A stretch of 64,000 bases of DNA from Nemertoderma westbladi (taxonomy: Eukaryota > Animalia > Xenacoelomorpha): contig JAUCBJ010008281.1 in the NCBI GenBank assembly GCA_032718475.1, forward strand, positions 39,553 to 103,552. Reading direction: 5' to 3'. Positions 26,871 to 40,690 of this stretch are shown one piece after another. A model generated the notes under the pieces. That model did not search any database, was not told the DNA's origin, and worked only from the letters and a program-made list of their open reading frames with translations. Every line of letters begins with the position of its first letter. Positions within the stretch are counted from its first letter, which is position 1. The position numbers and the translations under genes are program-made.

Positions 26871-28029
26871 GATATGCTGGATGTAGAGGAATTACCACTT
26901 TTGAAAAAATTGATACTTGCACTTTTGGTACTCTATTAGTATCTATTGATAAAAAAATGAAAATGTTGCTTCTATTCTTGCTTTCAATTACTAATAATGA
27001 ATTTGACAAACTAAAAAAGCATAGTATGGTTTAATGGTTATTCCAAAGTCTTTGAAGGGTGATGTATTTTGAGTAATTTTATATCCGAAAGGTGCTGATA
27101 TTGTATGTTACTCCTCATATCTCGAAAACTGCTGGAGCTATTAAAATTTTATTTGTTTCATCTGAAAGGGGTCATAATTTTAGTTAAGGCCAAGTACTTT
27201 CGATGCGTTAGATTGTTTCATTGTTTCATTCTATCTAAGAGAAATAACTGGCCCAGTAAATTGAGGGGCTTTGCAGCAGCTAGGTGGCGGGTCGTATCTA
27301 TCTATAGTAGGTCACGGATAATAGATGTTGAAAGCAAGAAGGAACAGTTTCGTTTGGTTTTCTATACCCCAAGGCTTGATTAAGCTTTTGCGGATACAAG
27401 GCTTGAATAATTATCTGCTCGTAGAACCACTTCAAAATAAATATATATTTTTTTATAATATTGTATGACGTAAACCTTCTTGCTGATAGTCGATGTAAAG
27501 GTTATTCTATAATATCCTTCAACATTACCATACTGTAATGTACTGTACTGCACATTAGCGATTCTGGTAGGCATTTCGCTTATCTGGCTGACTGCCACTC
27601 AACATCAACAATTCGTCATGTGGGTGTTGTGTTATAATCACGACATTTCATGTCCCAAATTCAGTTTCAATTTAAAGTACTCGGTGGAGGTGTAAAGTTT
27701 GCATTATTTCACTATTGAATGTATGAAATGTAATATTCTACTTTAGAGTTAACTTGCGATATATAAATACTTACTACTATTACTAACTATGTAAAAAATA
27801 ACTTCTCTTACTGAATATGTGCTAGCATAAGTCTATTGACTCTAAGAAGTGTTATACAAATTCAATTTTTTTCTTAGGTGGAACCATATTTACTATACTA
27901 GTCATCATGAATGACGAATAACCGTTAAATAACAAAAGAAGGTAGGTAGGTTTAGATCAATAATTAGTGCAGTCTAAAAAAAAGTTATTTTCTAGCAGTT
28001 GTTTCAACATTGGTGATTTAGTTTATGGT

Positions 28030-31000
28030 TTAAGGAAGTTTGCTCAGTATTGATTTAAGGGCATTTGATGTCTCCGCTTCAAAATTAGCCAAATCGCTAC
28101 CCAGAGTTCCAATAGCTCTTTCTGTGTTACTTTGTCTCCATTCCCACTCATTGATTTGCTGTGAGAGTTTTTGCTGCCTTTTAATTTCTTCATTTATGGC
28201 AGCTTCTTCCATACATGAGATATGCTTAGTAAGCTGTTTGGAAAGACTTTCCAGGTGTTCATATATTGAGACAACTTTGACTTCAGTCTTTTCAATTTTA
28301 TGTTGGATGATATCTTCTGCTAATTTGGCTGAATCTCGTGATGTGTTGATTTTGTTATCTAGGTCTCGCATCTTGTTATTTATACTGTTGTGTAAGTCAG
28401 CAACAGTATCACAAAGCATAGTCATCGAAGCACGGCTTCGAGCTCGGCCATCATAGACACTCTTCCGTGTTTCTTGTGTTGTCAACAGATCTTGATTCAT
28501 TTGATACTCAACATTGTATAAAATTTTATTTATTTTGGAATCCATACCTTCCAAATCCTTAGAAATACTCTTAAAATCGTTATCCTCAGGTCTGTTACAA
28601 CTATTTTCAAAGTAATATGTCATCGATTCATTTACTAGGCTTATCTGGTGGTTCAGTTTATGATTACTAATCGCAAAGCTTTCGTTCAATGAGTCAACTT
28701 TTCTAACAACAGCATGTACTTGTTTTTCTATGCCCAAATCAACTTCCTTGGAACTTCTGTTTACAAAATTACTAGAGCACATTTCCTCAAAATGGGCAAT
28801 TTCGTTAATTTCATATTTGGGTGAACGTAACTTCAAATCTCTTTTTTTGTGAAGACCTATCAGACGCAACAAGTGAGATATTACTATGAATGGTGGTGAA
28901 AGAATTGGTTTGGTAAAATATTCTTCCATTATGGAGTATCTCTGGAAAAACCAATATTCGTCTGTTAGATCATTAACTGCATCAAATGTGTGACTGAACA
29001 TTGCAATCAATAGGTTCAATAATAATACATTGCTCAACAACATATATACACCTAAAAAGATTACTGGAACATAAGACTCTACTGGACATCTTTGAAGACC
29101 TTCAGAAATTGCCTTGGCATCATCTGCTTCACAGTCAAATCCATCTTGTGTAATTTCATCAAGAAACAACTCCCCATAAACTTGAAAATAGGAATGGTAT
29201 ATTACGGTTGAAATAGCTTTGGTAAAACTGGGTTCATTTGGATACATTATAGATTGAACTGCAACACCATATCCAAGAATATAGACAAATATAATTATTA
29301 TAAAAAACACCAGGTCTTTTACCATTTTCTCAATCATTATTAACTTGGGGCCGAGAACTCTACTGACAGCTGCGATGTGGAGTGTCCTAATGTAAAACCC
29401 CCAAAGTGTTGATACATATAAAAGTCGTGAGAAGAATAAGTCATCAATGACGTACCTTAATATCAAACCAGGCACAAACATCAACAGACAAATGAAATCA
29501 AATTTATTCCATGTGCTTCCAATCCATGTAATCAGTTTGCGGCGTAGAGAAGGAATTCCACTGTCATAAATCTGACGGATTTCTTCTAGAATTAGTGTAA
29601 TAATGAAGACAATGATTAAGAATTCCCAGGGGGAAGGGATTTCATGGAAATCCATTCTGACAACATAACTAAATATAGCAATAAATGTAATGTAAGAGAA
29701 AGCATTCTGCCAAAATACAACTACTGGTGAACGCATAAATCCATACACCTTCCTCCAGTATGAAAGTTCCTCATTTTGCTCTTGTTTTAGTTTCTCCTTT
29801 GTTTCATTCAAATCCTCAGGAGTGAGATTAATTACTCCTGAATTACTTGAGACCAAGGTCTTTGATCGATCAATAACATCAATCATCCTTGTAATATTTC
29901 CAGGTTCTTCTTTTGCATCCTCTTGACTACTGACACTGAATCGTATAGTTTTGGTATCACCATAGAAGCCTATGAGAAAAGGAGCAATCAGAGGACAAAA
30001 GAGACAAAGCATAATTTGTAATGAACTCGTCTCCATTTTCATCTCACCCTTCCATACACTGGACAGAAATGCTTGACACCCGCTTTGCGAGATGAAATTG
30101 ATGCAATTTCCTGTTTGTGCGAGTTCCATTACTGTACTTCCACCAAATAGTGGTAACACTTGGCAAAGAAGTACCTGCGTTTTGAAACTGTTTTTAGAGT
30201 AGCATTCGTTTATCACTCCAATAGCCATCTCCTCGTACATCTTTGCTGTTCGAAATAACTTTTCCGAGTATCGGAGGTCAGTTATGTATCGGGAATTTCC
30301 CATTGATTGAAGGATCCGCACTGCGGCAAGAGCTGCGGCACATGAGTGTTTTCCTTCTTCCCAAAAATATCGCGACATTTCTTCACGGCCTAAAAGAATG
30401 GAAAACATAAATAGTTCCCTGTTAGGGTCGTCAAATAATTGTAATTTATAATATGTATCATCAGAGTCTGATTGGGGGGTATGAAGAAAATTGTTTGTTC
30501 CATTAAGTACTTCTAAATGAGGGTTATCAGATGAATTATTATATTTAATTAATTTTTTAGAAGCTTCATCTGCTGTTGTTTTAAGGTTTGGATTGTATCT
30601 CATATCTGAAAGATAAATTGGATTGTAATTGATTTCAATTCCCATGAAGTATTTAATGACTTTGCCTATATCTTGTAAATTTATTTTCTGTTTCTTTTTT
30701 AAAAAATTAGAGTGTGATTTCAGCACACTCCACAACAAATTGTTCTTTGGAGTTTTATTGTAAAGATGAGTTAACATCTTTACTGTTAGAAATTTCTTCA
30801 AGTTGAGACCACTGTCCAAGAATAAATCAATAAAATCGGACTGGTCTTCTATGGTCGCCTTGAATAAACATTGGAAAAGCTCTTCTTCAACAAATTTTTG
30901 TTCTCCAGAAAATATATATTCTTTGGCCACGTCGACCCTGTCCCAGTCCATACAAATATAAATTTGCTCAATAATCTTTCCCTTGTTAAATTTCATAAGA

Positions 31001-34000
31001 GCTTTGAGTATAACGGTGTCCATATTCATGTTACTCTTGTTTACAATCGTTATCATATCCGTCCTAAGCACTGACTCAAACAACATAACCATAATGCTTC
31101 CAATATCATCTTGTTTTCCCCACAAATCAATAACTTTTTGTTGAACATTAGCCTTTAAGTCGCCGGATAGACTGAATCTTGTCACTTTTTTATCTTCATC
31201 TGTTTGCTTCTCTGACTTTTTCATTTCACCAGTCCTACCCGCCATCCAAGTTAATAGGTCAGCCAATCCTCCTGACCCTTCAATTATTATTAGTGGACAA
31301 TTCCGCTTAATCAATCCGCAAATATCATAAAGCGTTGATTTATCACCACCCAATAGAATGGAAAGATTTGGTACAACTCTGTCATTCCCATCAAAATCAT
31401 GGGAGCCTCGTTCTTTCAGGGCCTGCGTTATATTGCTCAAAATACCAAAAGTGTTACCTGTGGAACCCATTGTGCCATCATCCACAAGTAGATAATGAGT
31501 GTGGTTACCTTCTAAGGGAATGTTCACAGACCCTTGAGTGGAATTAATATTTCTGACATCATACACATATTTTGAAACACGTACTTCATCATTGTTGACC
31601 AGCGATGCCTTTCCTGCAATGCTACCAAATTGAGTAACTCCCATCAGTACTAAGTCTGAGTTATCCCTTATATTTTGAGAAATTGTATTGCCAACTTGTG
31701 CGCTAACTCCTGTGTTTAAACCATGAGTAAAAATCCATATACCATCGATTTCTGCCATTTTCAATAATCCCTTTTCAAACAGCTGTCTCATCCTTCCCCT
31801 CATTATTGTGGGCTCTGTGTTGTTACCGAAAATGCCTACAATAATGGCTGGAGGTGGTATTCCCCAAACATCTTCAAATAGTTGCACAACATCGTCACCT
31901 TTGGACTCTGAGTCTAGTCGAATATATGGCAAATGCTTATCATATCGTGCTGAATGATATAATTTCCCGAATGAGTCTGTTGGTTTTGTTATAGTATCAT
32001 AAACTTTAGACCACTGATTTTTATTCTGTTCGCCATTTCTTATGGCATGTTGGGTGTGTTTCTCGAATCCCAATCCGCAGAAGCATAATCGATTAGAACC
32101 ACCGTTTGTATTTTTTATCTGCAATTTAAAATATAAAATCTGATTTGTTATTATTATTATTTTTTAAAACCAAATGGATGCCATCACGACCTCTGCCTGT
32201 GGCGAAATAGTAAAAAATTCTCCTGAATTTCATAAATTATGACTTAAGGTTAGTTATTGCCATTGATTGAATTAATGTTTATGCCTGAAAAATAAACCCC
32301 AACCAAAAACCCAAACTTAACGGACCACTTAGCCAATACATGGACAGCCTACTTGTAACTTACTTGTAACTACTTGTTACCTCCGGTACCTCACCGCTAC
32401 TAAAATTAGGTCGCACCTGAAGTTTCCCGGGATCTAAAGTCCTGAGACAAATAAACCACCCATTTACATGGTCACCATCTCTTATTATATCATTGCGTCT
32501 ATGGCTCTTTTAGTTTTATGTCTAAATATATATACCGCAATTGGAATCAACATGAATTTGTGCATGGCGATTACGAACTGCCATAGCGATGTGCGGTACA
32601 GGTACACTTTCATCTAGTTATCTGTAATCGGCATGGTGCATTGAAGATGCATTTCGAATCAGCTATATCGGCTTTATCAACAAAATTTTGCCGCTACCGC
32701 CACAACTTCCCAAAACCCATGACTTTGGCGAGATGATCCGTATATAATACAAGGACTGTATCATGGGCGGCCTTGCTGATTTTCTCAATGAAGCGGCCAA
32801 AGCACAGATCATGCATTAGCTGGTATGGTTCCCGTCATTAGTTCTAAACCCAAACAACAGTTACCTACATCTATCTATATCCCATGCCATTGCTAATAAT
32901 TTATTGATCCTAATTACATATAATTTCCTGATGATCCAATTGCCTTGGTATGGCATGCCATTTGCCATGTGTGTGAGATTTAACAATTCCATTCTGTACT
33001 ATTAATTATTTTGCAGTATAATAATTTTCGCTCTATACTTATAGCTCAGTTATAGCGTTCAACATTTCCACTAAGTATCCCGCTTGAATGCGGGATGTTT
33101 ACAGTAAGTAACCCCAGGACCGGATTAAGGGGGGGGGGGGGGGGGGGGATTTTTCCCCCGAATTTAACTAAAATTACTGGTAGACTGGTACTGCACAAAT
33201 CATTTGAATCTCTATTATTGGTTGTTTGCTGTAGGCCTATATCCTCCTGTATGTTACTGTAGTTCAAACATCATCTGAAACTGATAATGAACTATTATTC
33301 GATAAAAAAAAGTAAGCGGAAAACACCACTTTTTTTTCACTCATTTTCAATTTAGCGAAATTCAACTATTCTGTCCGAGTGGTTAAGTTTTACAAGAGTT
33401 GGCAGGTTTTTAAAATACTAACGAGTGGAAAACTTAACACACGAGGGCAGAATTATCTGAATTTCGCTAAAGAAAATGAGTGGAAAATAGTGTTTTCCGT
33501 TACGTTTTTATATCGAATATTTTGTTTTATTTGAAAAAAATATCACCAGCGTTATGAATGTTTACGACGTATAATAACACTATATTTTAATTGTGAAGAT
33601 TAATTTAAAATTAATTAATAATTTTAATTTTGAAGATTGTGTGAGCTAACTGTACAGTAAGCTATTCGACAAGTCTCGGTCTACATTATATAATCATTAT
33701 GTACCAGGAACTTACTCAATGATATGAAAGTATGTATCAATTTGATTATATTGTGTAGTAAATAGTTCATTAAATAAAAAAAAATAAAATAAAAAAAAAG
33801 TTAAAAAAAGTTAAAAATTAGTTAAATAAAGTAAAAATTAGTTAAATAAAGTCAAAATTAGTTAAATAAAGTAAAAATTAGTTAAAAAAGTTAAAAATTA
33901 GTTTAAAACAGTAAAAAATTAGTTAAAAAAAGTAAAAAATTAGTTAAATAAAGTAAAAATTAGTTAAAAATTAGTATAAAAAAGTAAAAAATTAGTTAAA

Positions 34001-35464
34001 AAAGTAAAAAATTAGTTAAAAAAGACTTTGTTTAATTAATTTTCTGGAAATTGGAGAAAAAAATTTAGATTAATTAACTCAATTAAAAAAAAAATATTAG
34101 TGAGAAAAAGAAACTTTTTCAAATAAATTGTTCCCTAAGCATACCGGACCGTTACTATAACAATCAATTTAAAAATGCCTAGGCCCACCAGTAATGGATT
34201 GCAAGCAAATCCTGTAAGCAGGAGTAAGTCCAAACTAGGGTTCAACAGAAGGTACCTTATGGGGCCGATGCCGAATCGAAGCAGTGCAAAGTTCGGGCCG
34301 AACCGAAGTTCAGAAAGTTAGCAAGATGTGGTCTTAATGTCATATTGACGTCACTATACTGGTATCCAAGTGCACCCCAGGCCTCCCACCGGCTTAATGC
34401 GGCACTGAGTAACGGATCTTTCTAACAACAAAACCGATTGCAATAGACTCTATAGGCCAGACACAAACTCATATCACTAAATTTCAAATTACCCACACGA
34501 AAACAAAAACCAAATGCAAAGCCTTATATTGAACTTCACTTTTTAAATTTATCCTATTGAGCGACGTTATACCGACTTTAATTGTGCGAAATAAACTAAC
34601 CTAAGCTAATTACTGTAATATACAATTAAATTGCGCACAATTGCAATATTTCAAATGCCAATTCAATGCACGTTATTAAATTCTATAAATCAGACAGACA
34701 TTGATAACTAACCTGTACAAACCTTCCACATGTTCGCGTTTTGAAAGCGCTTTTTATCCAATCTTCTGTTTCTACTGTTCCTTTGGCGTTGCTGAATCTC
34801 GTCCTAACGTATGTCGATTGTCTCTTCAAAGACTCTCCGTCACTAGAGAATGAGTAACACTTAGGATAATACGTTTAATACATTTAAATATAAATTTATT
34901 TTAAAAAATAAACTTTTAATTTAAAAATAAAGTTTATCCAAAGTACTAAGCAACAACCCGGCAACGTACACACAGTAAAAACAGATAAGCCTGTTTTGTT
35001 ATGGTTTTGCAATCGAACCGCTTGAAAAATGACATTTGGTAATTCTTTAGAAATAAACCCCTGGGGGAAGTTCTGAAAGGGAGGGAGGGGGGGGGGGGGG
35101 GGGGGGGGGGGTTCTAAGACAGTCTTTTATTTAATAGTAATAAGTGCAGCGGTAACAAAAAACGTACCGGTCTGCTATGGAATACTACCTGTAATAATTC
35201 AAAGTAATTCATTAATAATAAATTTAAATAAATAAGAGCATTGTTTATTTACATATAGTTCTTAATTACTGACAATAACTCAAAAAATCTGGCGTATATC
35301 AACAAAAAGTCTGATCGACTGTGACCACAATTTACAAGTTTCTATTTACAATATGTGATTTTAATGTAGAATTAAAAGATTTACCTAGTTTTTGGTGGTT
35401 TTCCCCAAAATCGACCGACATCGAATTGTCTCTTTTCGAAATCGTTTTCGACTTCGTCTGACAT
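28030..35464 (-). CDS. TRPM: TRPM-family cation channel, 3 coding exons (35385-35464, 34713-34842, 28030-32118), about 1432 aa
   Basis: Exon1 MSDEVENDF...KT ends AG|gt (phase 2). Exon2 ...DWIKSAFKTRTCGRFVQ|gt (phase 0) matches the TRPM N-terminal WI..F..R.C motif. Exon3 follows ttgcag| and contains CFCG, MHR motifs (WIFTHGLNTGV, NHTHYLLVDDG, GSGGLAD, WDRVDVA), six TM segments, pore YFQVYGE, LLLNLLIAMFS, TRP box WFFQRY and a coiled-coil tail. Splice phases are mutually consistent. Confidence 0.92.
33293..33520. repeat. Imperfect palindrome, MITE-like
   Basis: CGGAAAACAC...CACTCATTTTC...TTAGCGAAATTCA is mirrored by TGAATTTCGCTAA...GAAAATGAGTG...GTGTTTTCCG. Confidence 0.6.
33795..34025. repeat. 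A-rich ~20-bp minisatellite
   Basis: Repeats of AAAATTAGTTAAA(T/A)AAAGT. Confidence 0.8.
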
Positions 35465-35744
35465 ATTTATATCCTTATTCTGAGATTATATGGGAACAAA
35501 TCACCATAGGCCCACTCAGTTTATTAACGGTCGTAAATAAAAAACATTTGTAAGACTAAAATAATTCTCACTAGCCTATGCAATGCATCACTATGATTGG
35601 CAGATTAGCATTCCAATCATGACCTAATAAACTCTTTGTTTATTACCAAGCAACCAAACAGTCGCGGCTGATTGGAACCCGGCGGGGCTCGAATCTACAA
35701 CCATATATTGTAACCCAGTGGGGGCACAAGCAAATGAAGAAGGA

Positions 35745-37122
35745 CCGCCAGGGTCCACTCTGCCGTCGATAGAATGAGTACCAGTTGAATTACTGGGAGA
35801 AAAACGTGGGATAGGAGTAGCGCCCAACTCTACCCTCGGGAATCAGATAGGAGTAGCGCCCACCCCTACCCTCGGGAATCAGATAGGAGTAACGCCACCT
35901 CTACCTTCGGGTAGCAGATAGGAGTAACGCCCACCCCTACCCTCGGGTAGCAGATGGGAGTAGCGGCCACCCCTACCTTCGGGTAGCAGATAGGAGTAGC
36001 GCCCACCCCTACCGTCGGGTAGCAGATAGGAGTAGCGCCACCTCTACCTTCGGGTAGCAGATAGGAGTAGCGCCCACCTTTAACCTCGGGTAGCAGATAG
36101 GAGTAGCGCCCACCCCTAACCTCGGGTAGCAGATAGGAGTAGCGCCCACCGCTACCTTCGGGTAGCAGTTAGGAGTAGCGCCCACCCCTACCCTCGGGTA
36201 GCAGATAGGAGTAGCGCCCACCTCTACCTTCGGGTAGCAAATAGGAGTAGCGCCCACCCCTACCCTCGGATAGCAGATAGGAGTAGCGCCCATCCCTACC
36301 CTCGGGTAGCAGATAGAAGTTGCGCCCACCCCTACCCTCGGATAGCAGATAGGAGTAGAGCCCACCCCTACCTTCGGGTAGCAGATAGGAGTAGCGCCCA
36401 CCCCTACCCTCGGGTAGCAGATAGGAGTAGCGCCCACCCCTACCTTCGGGCAGCAGTTAGGAGTAGCGCCCACCCCTACCCTCGGGTAGCAGATAGGTGT
36501 AGCGCCCATCCCTACCCTCGGGTAGCAGATAGGAGTAGCGCCCATCCCTACCCTCGGGTAGCAGATAGGAGTAGCGCCCACCCCTACCTTCGGGTAGCAG
36601 TTAGGAGTAGCGCCCACCCCAACCCTCGGGTAGCAGATAGGAGTAGCGCCCACACCTACCCTCGGGTAGCAGATAGGAGTAGCGCCCATCCCTACCCTCG
36701 GGTAGCAGATAGGAGTAGCGCCCACCCCTACCTTCGGGTAGCAGTTAGGAGTAGCGCCCACCCCAACCCTCGGGTAGCAGATAGGAGTAGCGCCCACCTC
36801 TACCCTCGGATAGCAGATAGGAGTAGCGCCCACACCTACCTTCGGGTAGCAGTTAGGAGTAGCGCCCACCCATACCCTCGGGTAGCAGATAAGAGTAGCG
36901 CCCACCCCTAACCTTAGGTAGCAGATAGGAGTAGCGCCCACCCCTACCCTCGGGTAGCAGATAGGAGTAGCGCCCACCCCTACCCTCGGGTAGCAGATAG
37001 GAGTAGCGCCCACCCCTACCCTCGGATAGCAGATAGGAGTAGCGCCCACCCCTACCTTCGGGTAGCAGCTATCGAAAGAAGGGAAGCCTTCGGGTAGACT
37101 CTGGCTTCGGGGGACTGTTTGC
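35745..37122 (+). mobile_element. SINE remnant (Deu/Nin-like domain plus RTE-like tail) hosting the 36-bp array
   Basis: GTCCACTCTGCC-GTCGATAGAATGAGTACCAGTTG before the array and TAGCAGCTATCGAAAGAAGGGAAGCCTTCGGGT after it resemble invertebrate SINE domain and tail sequences as I recall them. Confidence 0.5.
35811..37068. repeat. 36-bp minisatellite, about 35 copies
   Basis: Unit ATAGGAGTAGCGCCCACCCCTACCCTCGGGTAGCAG. Confidence 0.97.
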
Positions 37123-37198
37123 TTGAATTTGAGAAAAAAATTATGTAAAGCAAAATAAGTTTGTCTGTTTGATCATACAGAGTTTGATTAACCATTAA

Positions 37199-38536
37199 CC
37201 CTTTCACTACTATGGCATAACAGTTAGGTCACACCTACTGTACTATGGCCTAGGTGTTATGCCACGAAGTACTAGGAGCTCTATGGCCACCTAAACATGT
37301 CAGTCTGATAGCTGACACACCCATTACATGTTCAGTACTCTTCCTCATAATAAAATTAAGTGGTAATTTCAAATTTTAATTGGTTGTTTTGGTTTTTGGT
37401 AGGGTTGTAGAGCAGTAAGTATAATGGAATATAAAGGCCTGCTGGTACTGGTAATAAAATGTCTGTCAGTCTGTCTGTCAAAAAATAAGGAAGCATATTA
37501 TGTAATAAAAACATTCGCCATGGGGGTTTTCCAGGTAGCTGATCTCATTTCTGATGTCAGTTTTTACGACTGATCAACTCTAGGCTGTCTGTGTCTGTAT
37601 GTATGTCTGTTTGTCTGTCAGTCAAAAAATACGGAATCATATTATGTAATGAAAACATTCGCCATGGGGGTTTTCCAGGTCTCTGATTTCATTTCTGATG
37701 TCAGTTTTTACGACTGACCAACTCTAGGCTGTCTGTGTCTATATGTATGTCTGTATATCTGTTTGTCTGTCTGCCAGTCTGTCTGTCAAAAAACAAGTGG
37801 GGATTTTCCAGGTCTCTGATTTCATTTCTGATGTCAGTTTTCACGCCTGGCTCGACTCACGACACACTGTGTGACAGACAAACAGACAGACACAGACAGC
37901 ATAGAGTTGGTCAGTCGTAAAAACTAACATCAGAAATGAAATCAACGACCGGGAAAACCCCCATAGCGAATGTTTTTATTACATAATATGCTTCCTTATT
38001 TTTTGACAGACAGACTGAAAGACAAACAGACATACATACAGACACAGACAGCCTAGAGTTGGTCAGTCGTAAAAACTGACATCAGAAATGAAATCAGAGA
38101 CCTAGAAAACCCCCATAGCGAATGTTTTTATTACATAATATGCTTCCTTATTTTTTGACAAACAGACTGACAGACAAACATACATACATACAGACACAGT
38201 CAGCCTAGAGTTGGTCAGTCGTAAAAAAGGACATCAGAAATGAAATCAGAGACCTAGAAAACCCCATAGCGAATGTTTTTATTACATAATATGCTACCTT
38301 ATTTTTTGACAGACAGACTGACAGACAAACAGACATACATACAGACACAGACAGCCTAGAGTTGGTCAGTCGTAAAAACTGACATCAGAAATGAAATCAC
38401 CAACCCTTAAAACCCCCAAAGCGAGAATGTTAGTAGATTTAATTCTTTCTTAAGTCTTGACAGACAAACTGACAGAAAGACCGACAGACATCAGTACGTG
38501 GGGAACACATACAATCTTGAATCAGTAGTGAAAGGG
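37199..38536. mobile_element. piggyBac-type non-autonomous element (TTAA TSD) with internal inverted ~152-bp arrays
   Basis: TTAA|CCCTTTCACTACT ... AGTAGTGAAAGGG|TTAA, a 13-bp perfect TIR. Internal units run forward at 37460-37850 and reversed at 37875-38460. Confidence 0.85.
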
Positions 38537-38971
38537 TTAACCCTCAATGTAAAGCATTTATTATAAGAGAGACGCTATATACCAACAGGTGTTGTATCTT
38601 ATTTATTAAAAATGCAGTTATCCGAAGAAAAAGTCAAAGAATGCATAATAAATATATTTCAGAATTAATAATAAGCAAGTAATGTTCTCTACAACGGTAA
38701 AATATTATACTTTAAATCTAAAGTTATGCGGTCGGACGCTTTAATAATTTATGGAGTGGGGGTAAATGACAACGAAATAACACATGGTTTCTGAATTGCC
38801 AACTTCGTAGCTACAGTACCAATAGGTTTGAAGACACCAGTTCTCGTGACGAAATTATCTTTCAACGCCTAACAAAAATTTATAAGGGGTAGTTTAACAA
38901 GGGAACCATTTAAATGTTCAACAGAAATCCACCCCCCCCCACCCCCCCCCCCCCCGTGGTATAGTATACTC

Positions 38972-39039
38972 ATACTACTACTAGTATCGGCATGCTGCAT
39001 TGCAGCTGCATTTTTAAGAATGCTGTGCCGGCTTGTCGA
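38972..39039 (-). mobile_element. RTE LINE 3' tail fragment
   Basis: Reverse complement of 55384-55448 (ORF end, short 3' UTR, (TAG)n tail). Confidence 0.85.
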
Positions 39040-40690
39040 CGTGGCAGTGGTTCGTCGGTCCTTACAGATATTGAAATCCAAAAGTACAAAACCACAACCA
39101 AGACAAGAAAAGGAATCAGTTAAGGTACAATCCGTCTTCCACACAACGACAGATTCGAAATCAGACATTATCAATAAGCCTTTCTCGTGTGGTTTGTTTC
39201 TCAAATTCAGTAACAAACTTCAGCAAGCATTGTGTCTAATTTTATTGTATACAATTTTACTTTATCATATTACACTGACTAATGTTAATCCACTTTATTA
39301 TCTTCTATGAAATACCCACTGTTTTATAAGTTATTCAATTTGTATGTGTCCTCTTGTATACTGAGTCATAAATTTGTATTACAGTACATCTATATCTAAA
39401 TCATATTAAATCTATTTACTTTGATATTTACTTTTTTAGGCCAGGTGCTACTTCCAACATTATTAGCATTATTGGTGCTAAAAGTGTACTCTTTCCGTAT
39501 CACCTTTTAACTATTCAACCATGAACTTACTATTTTGTGCCTACTTTCTCAAATTTTCTGTATTAATTTATTTTTTTATTTGATGGTGTGTGTGTTCGAG
39601 TGTAAGTAGGTATTTAATCATAATTAGTTCATTGCTATTGTGCTGCCCCTATGTTTGTACGTTGTACTATTACTGTAACTAGGTTCAATCTAATATGTAC
39701 GAAATACACATACTAGGCTACATAATAGGCTGGAACATTAGTTAATACGGAATACACCTTGACTGCAGATACTTTTATGGTGATTTATTTTATTGGCTTT
39801 GTACAGCGTTCTTGCAGTTTCTATTTCAATGCACGAGCCAAAGTCGTACAGAAAAATGTCTTGGCATAGAAAAACTGAAGTTCTTAAAGTGCAATAATTA
39901 TGTGTGAGTAGGGAGGGGGTTGGTAGTTGGGTAGGGGGAGGGAGAAGGGGATGTGAGGTGTTCTGGTGACGAATTATAATTAACTCTAATAGATTAATAA
40001 ATACCTGAATATAATTTATATTTACTCGTTTTATACCAAGTCTATAAAGAAGGCACCCTAGTTCCAACTACTGTATTAGTGGGTGCTGTTGTAGTTAACT
40101 CAGAAGTGTTTCTAAACAGAAGCATTACGTTGTTCCAACTTAACGGATGTCAGCGTATCGTTCAAGTGCCTGGTGTTATTCTTAGAATCATTCTATACGG
40201 AGTACCTCTTTTAGTTCAGGTAATGAAGTCAAGTGAAGGGATCGAATTATAAAAATGTAGAATTCGACGTGGTGGTATGGCAGATCTGCTTCGATTGGTA
40301 AATGATTCGCTATGCCGTTACAGATCATAAAAGGTTATAGGTAGTTTCAGTTCGTTTTATATTTAGTCTGTACCACTAACAAACCTTGCTGATATTACAA
40401 TAAAATTGTTACGTGTTATATGTACTTTAGTTTATTGTTTTGGTTAGAATAACGTGCCATTGTTACCGCTCATATCTCAAGATTGGAACGATATACCCAG
40501 ATGGGATTTGGGTTCAGTCCCCGCACTACTTTCGCATGGATTTCACATTTGTATGCTGTTCGGAGGATGAATAAGAAAGACCCTGCCATAATCATGTTCT
40601 GGTTGGATGGCTAATCAATTTCCTAAGGTTGAATTAATTTATTGTATCTTACACCCCAGAACTGAGATGAAACTGTTGAAAATGATTTTT

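Larger units (their letters stand above)
33115..34407. mobile_element. hAT-like non-autonomous DNA element in TRPM intron 2
   Basis: Imperfect TIR CAGGACCGGATTAAG / CTTAATGCGGCACTG; flanks AGTAACCC and AGTAACGG (6/8 match, degenerate 8-bp TSD). Confidence 0.5.

Noticed and set aside
32119-32124. TTG start of the 1364-aa TRPM ORF
   Set aside because: It is part of the splice acceptor (ttgcag); the phase-compatible start is in the exon beginning at 35464.
36009-37049. 346-aa ORF of VGVGATPICYPR repeats
   Set aside because: Product of a stop-free 36-bp minisatellite; no ATG at the called start, 35-bp units break the frame, no unique coding flanks.
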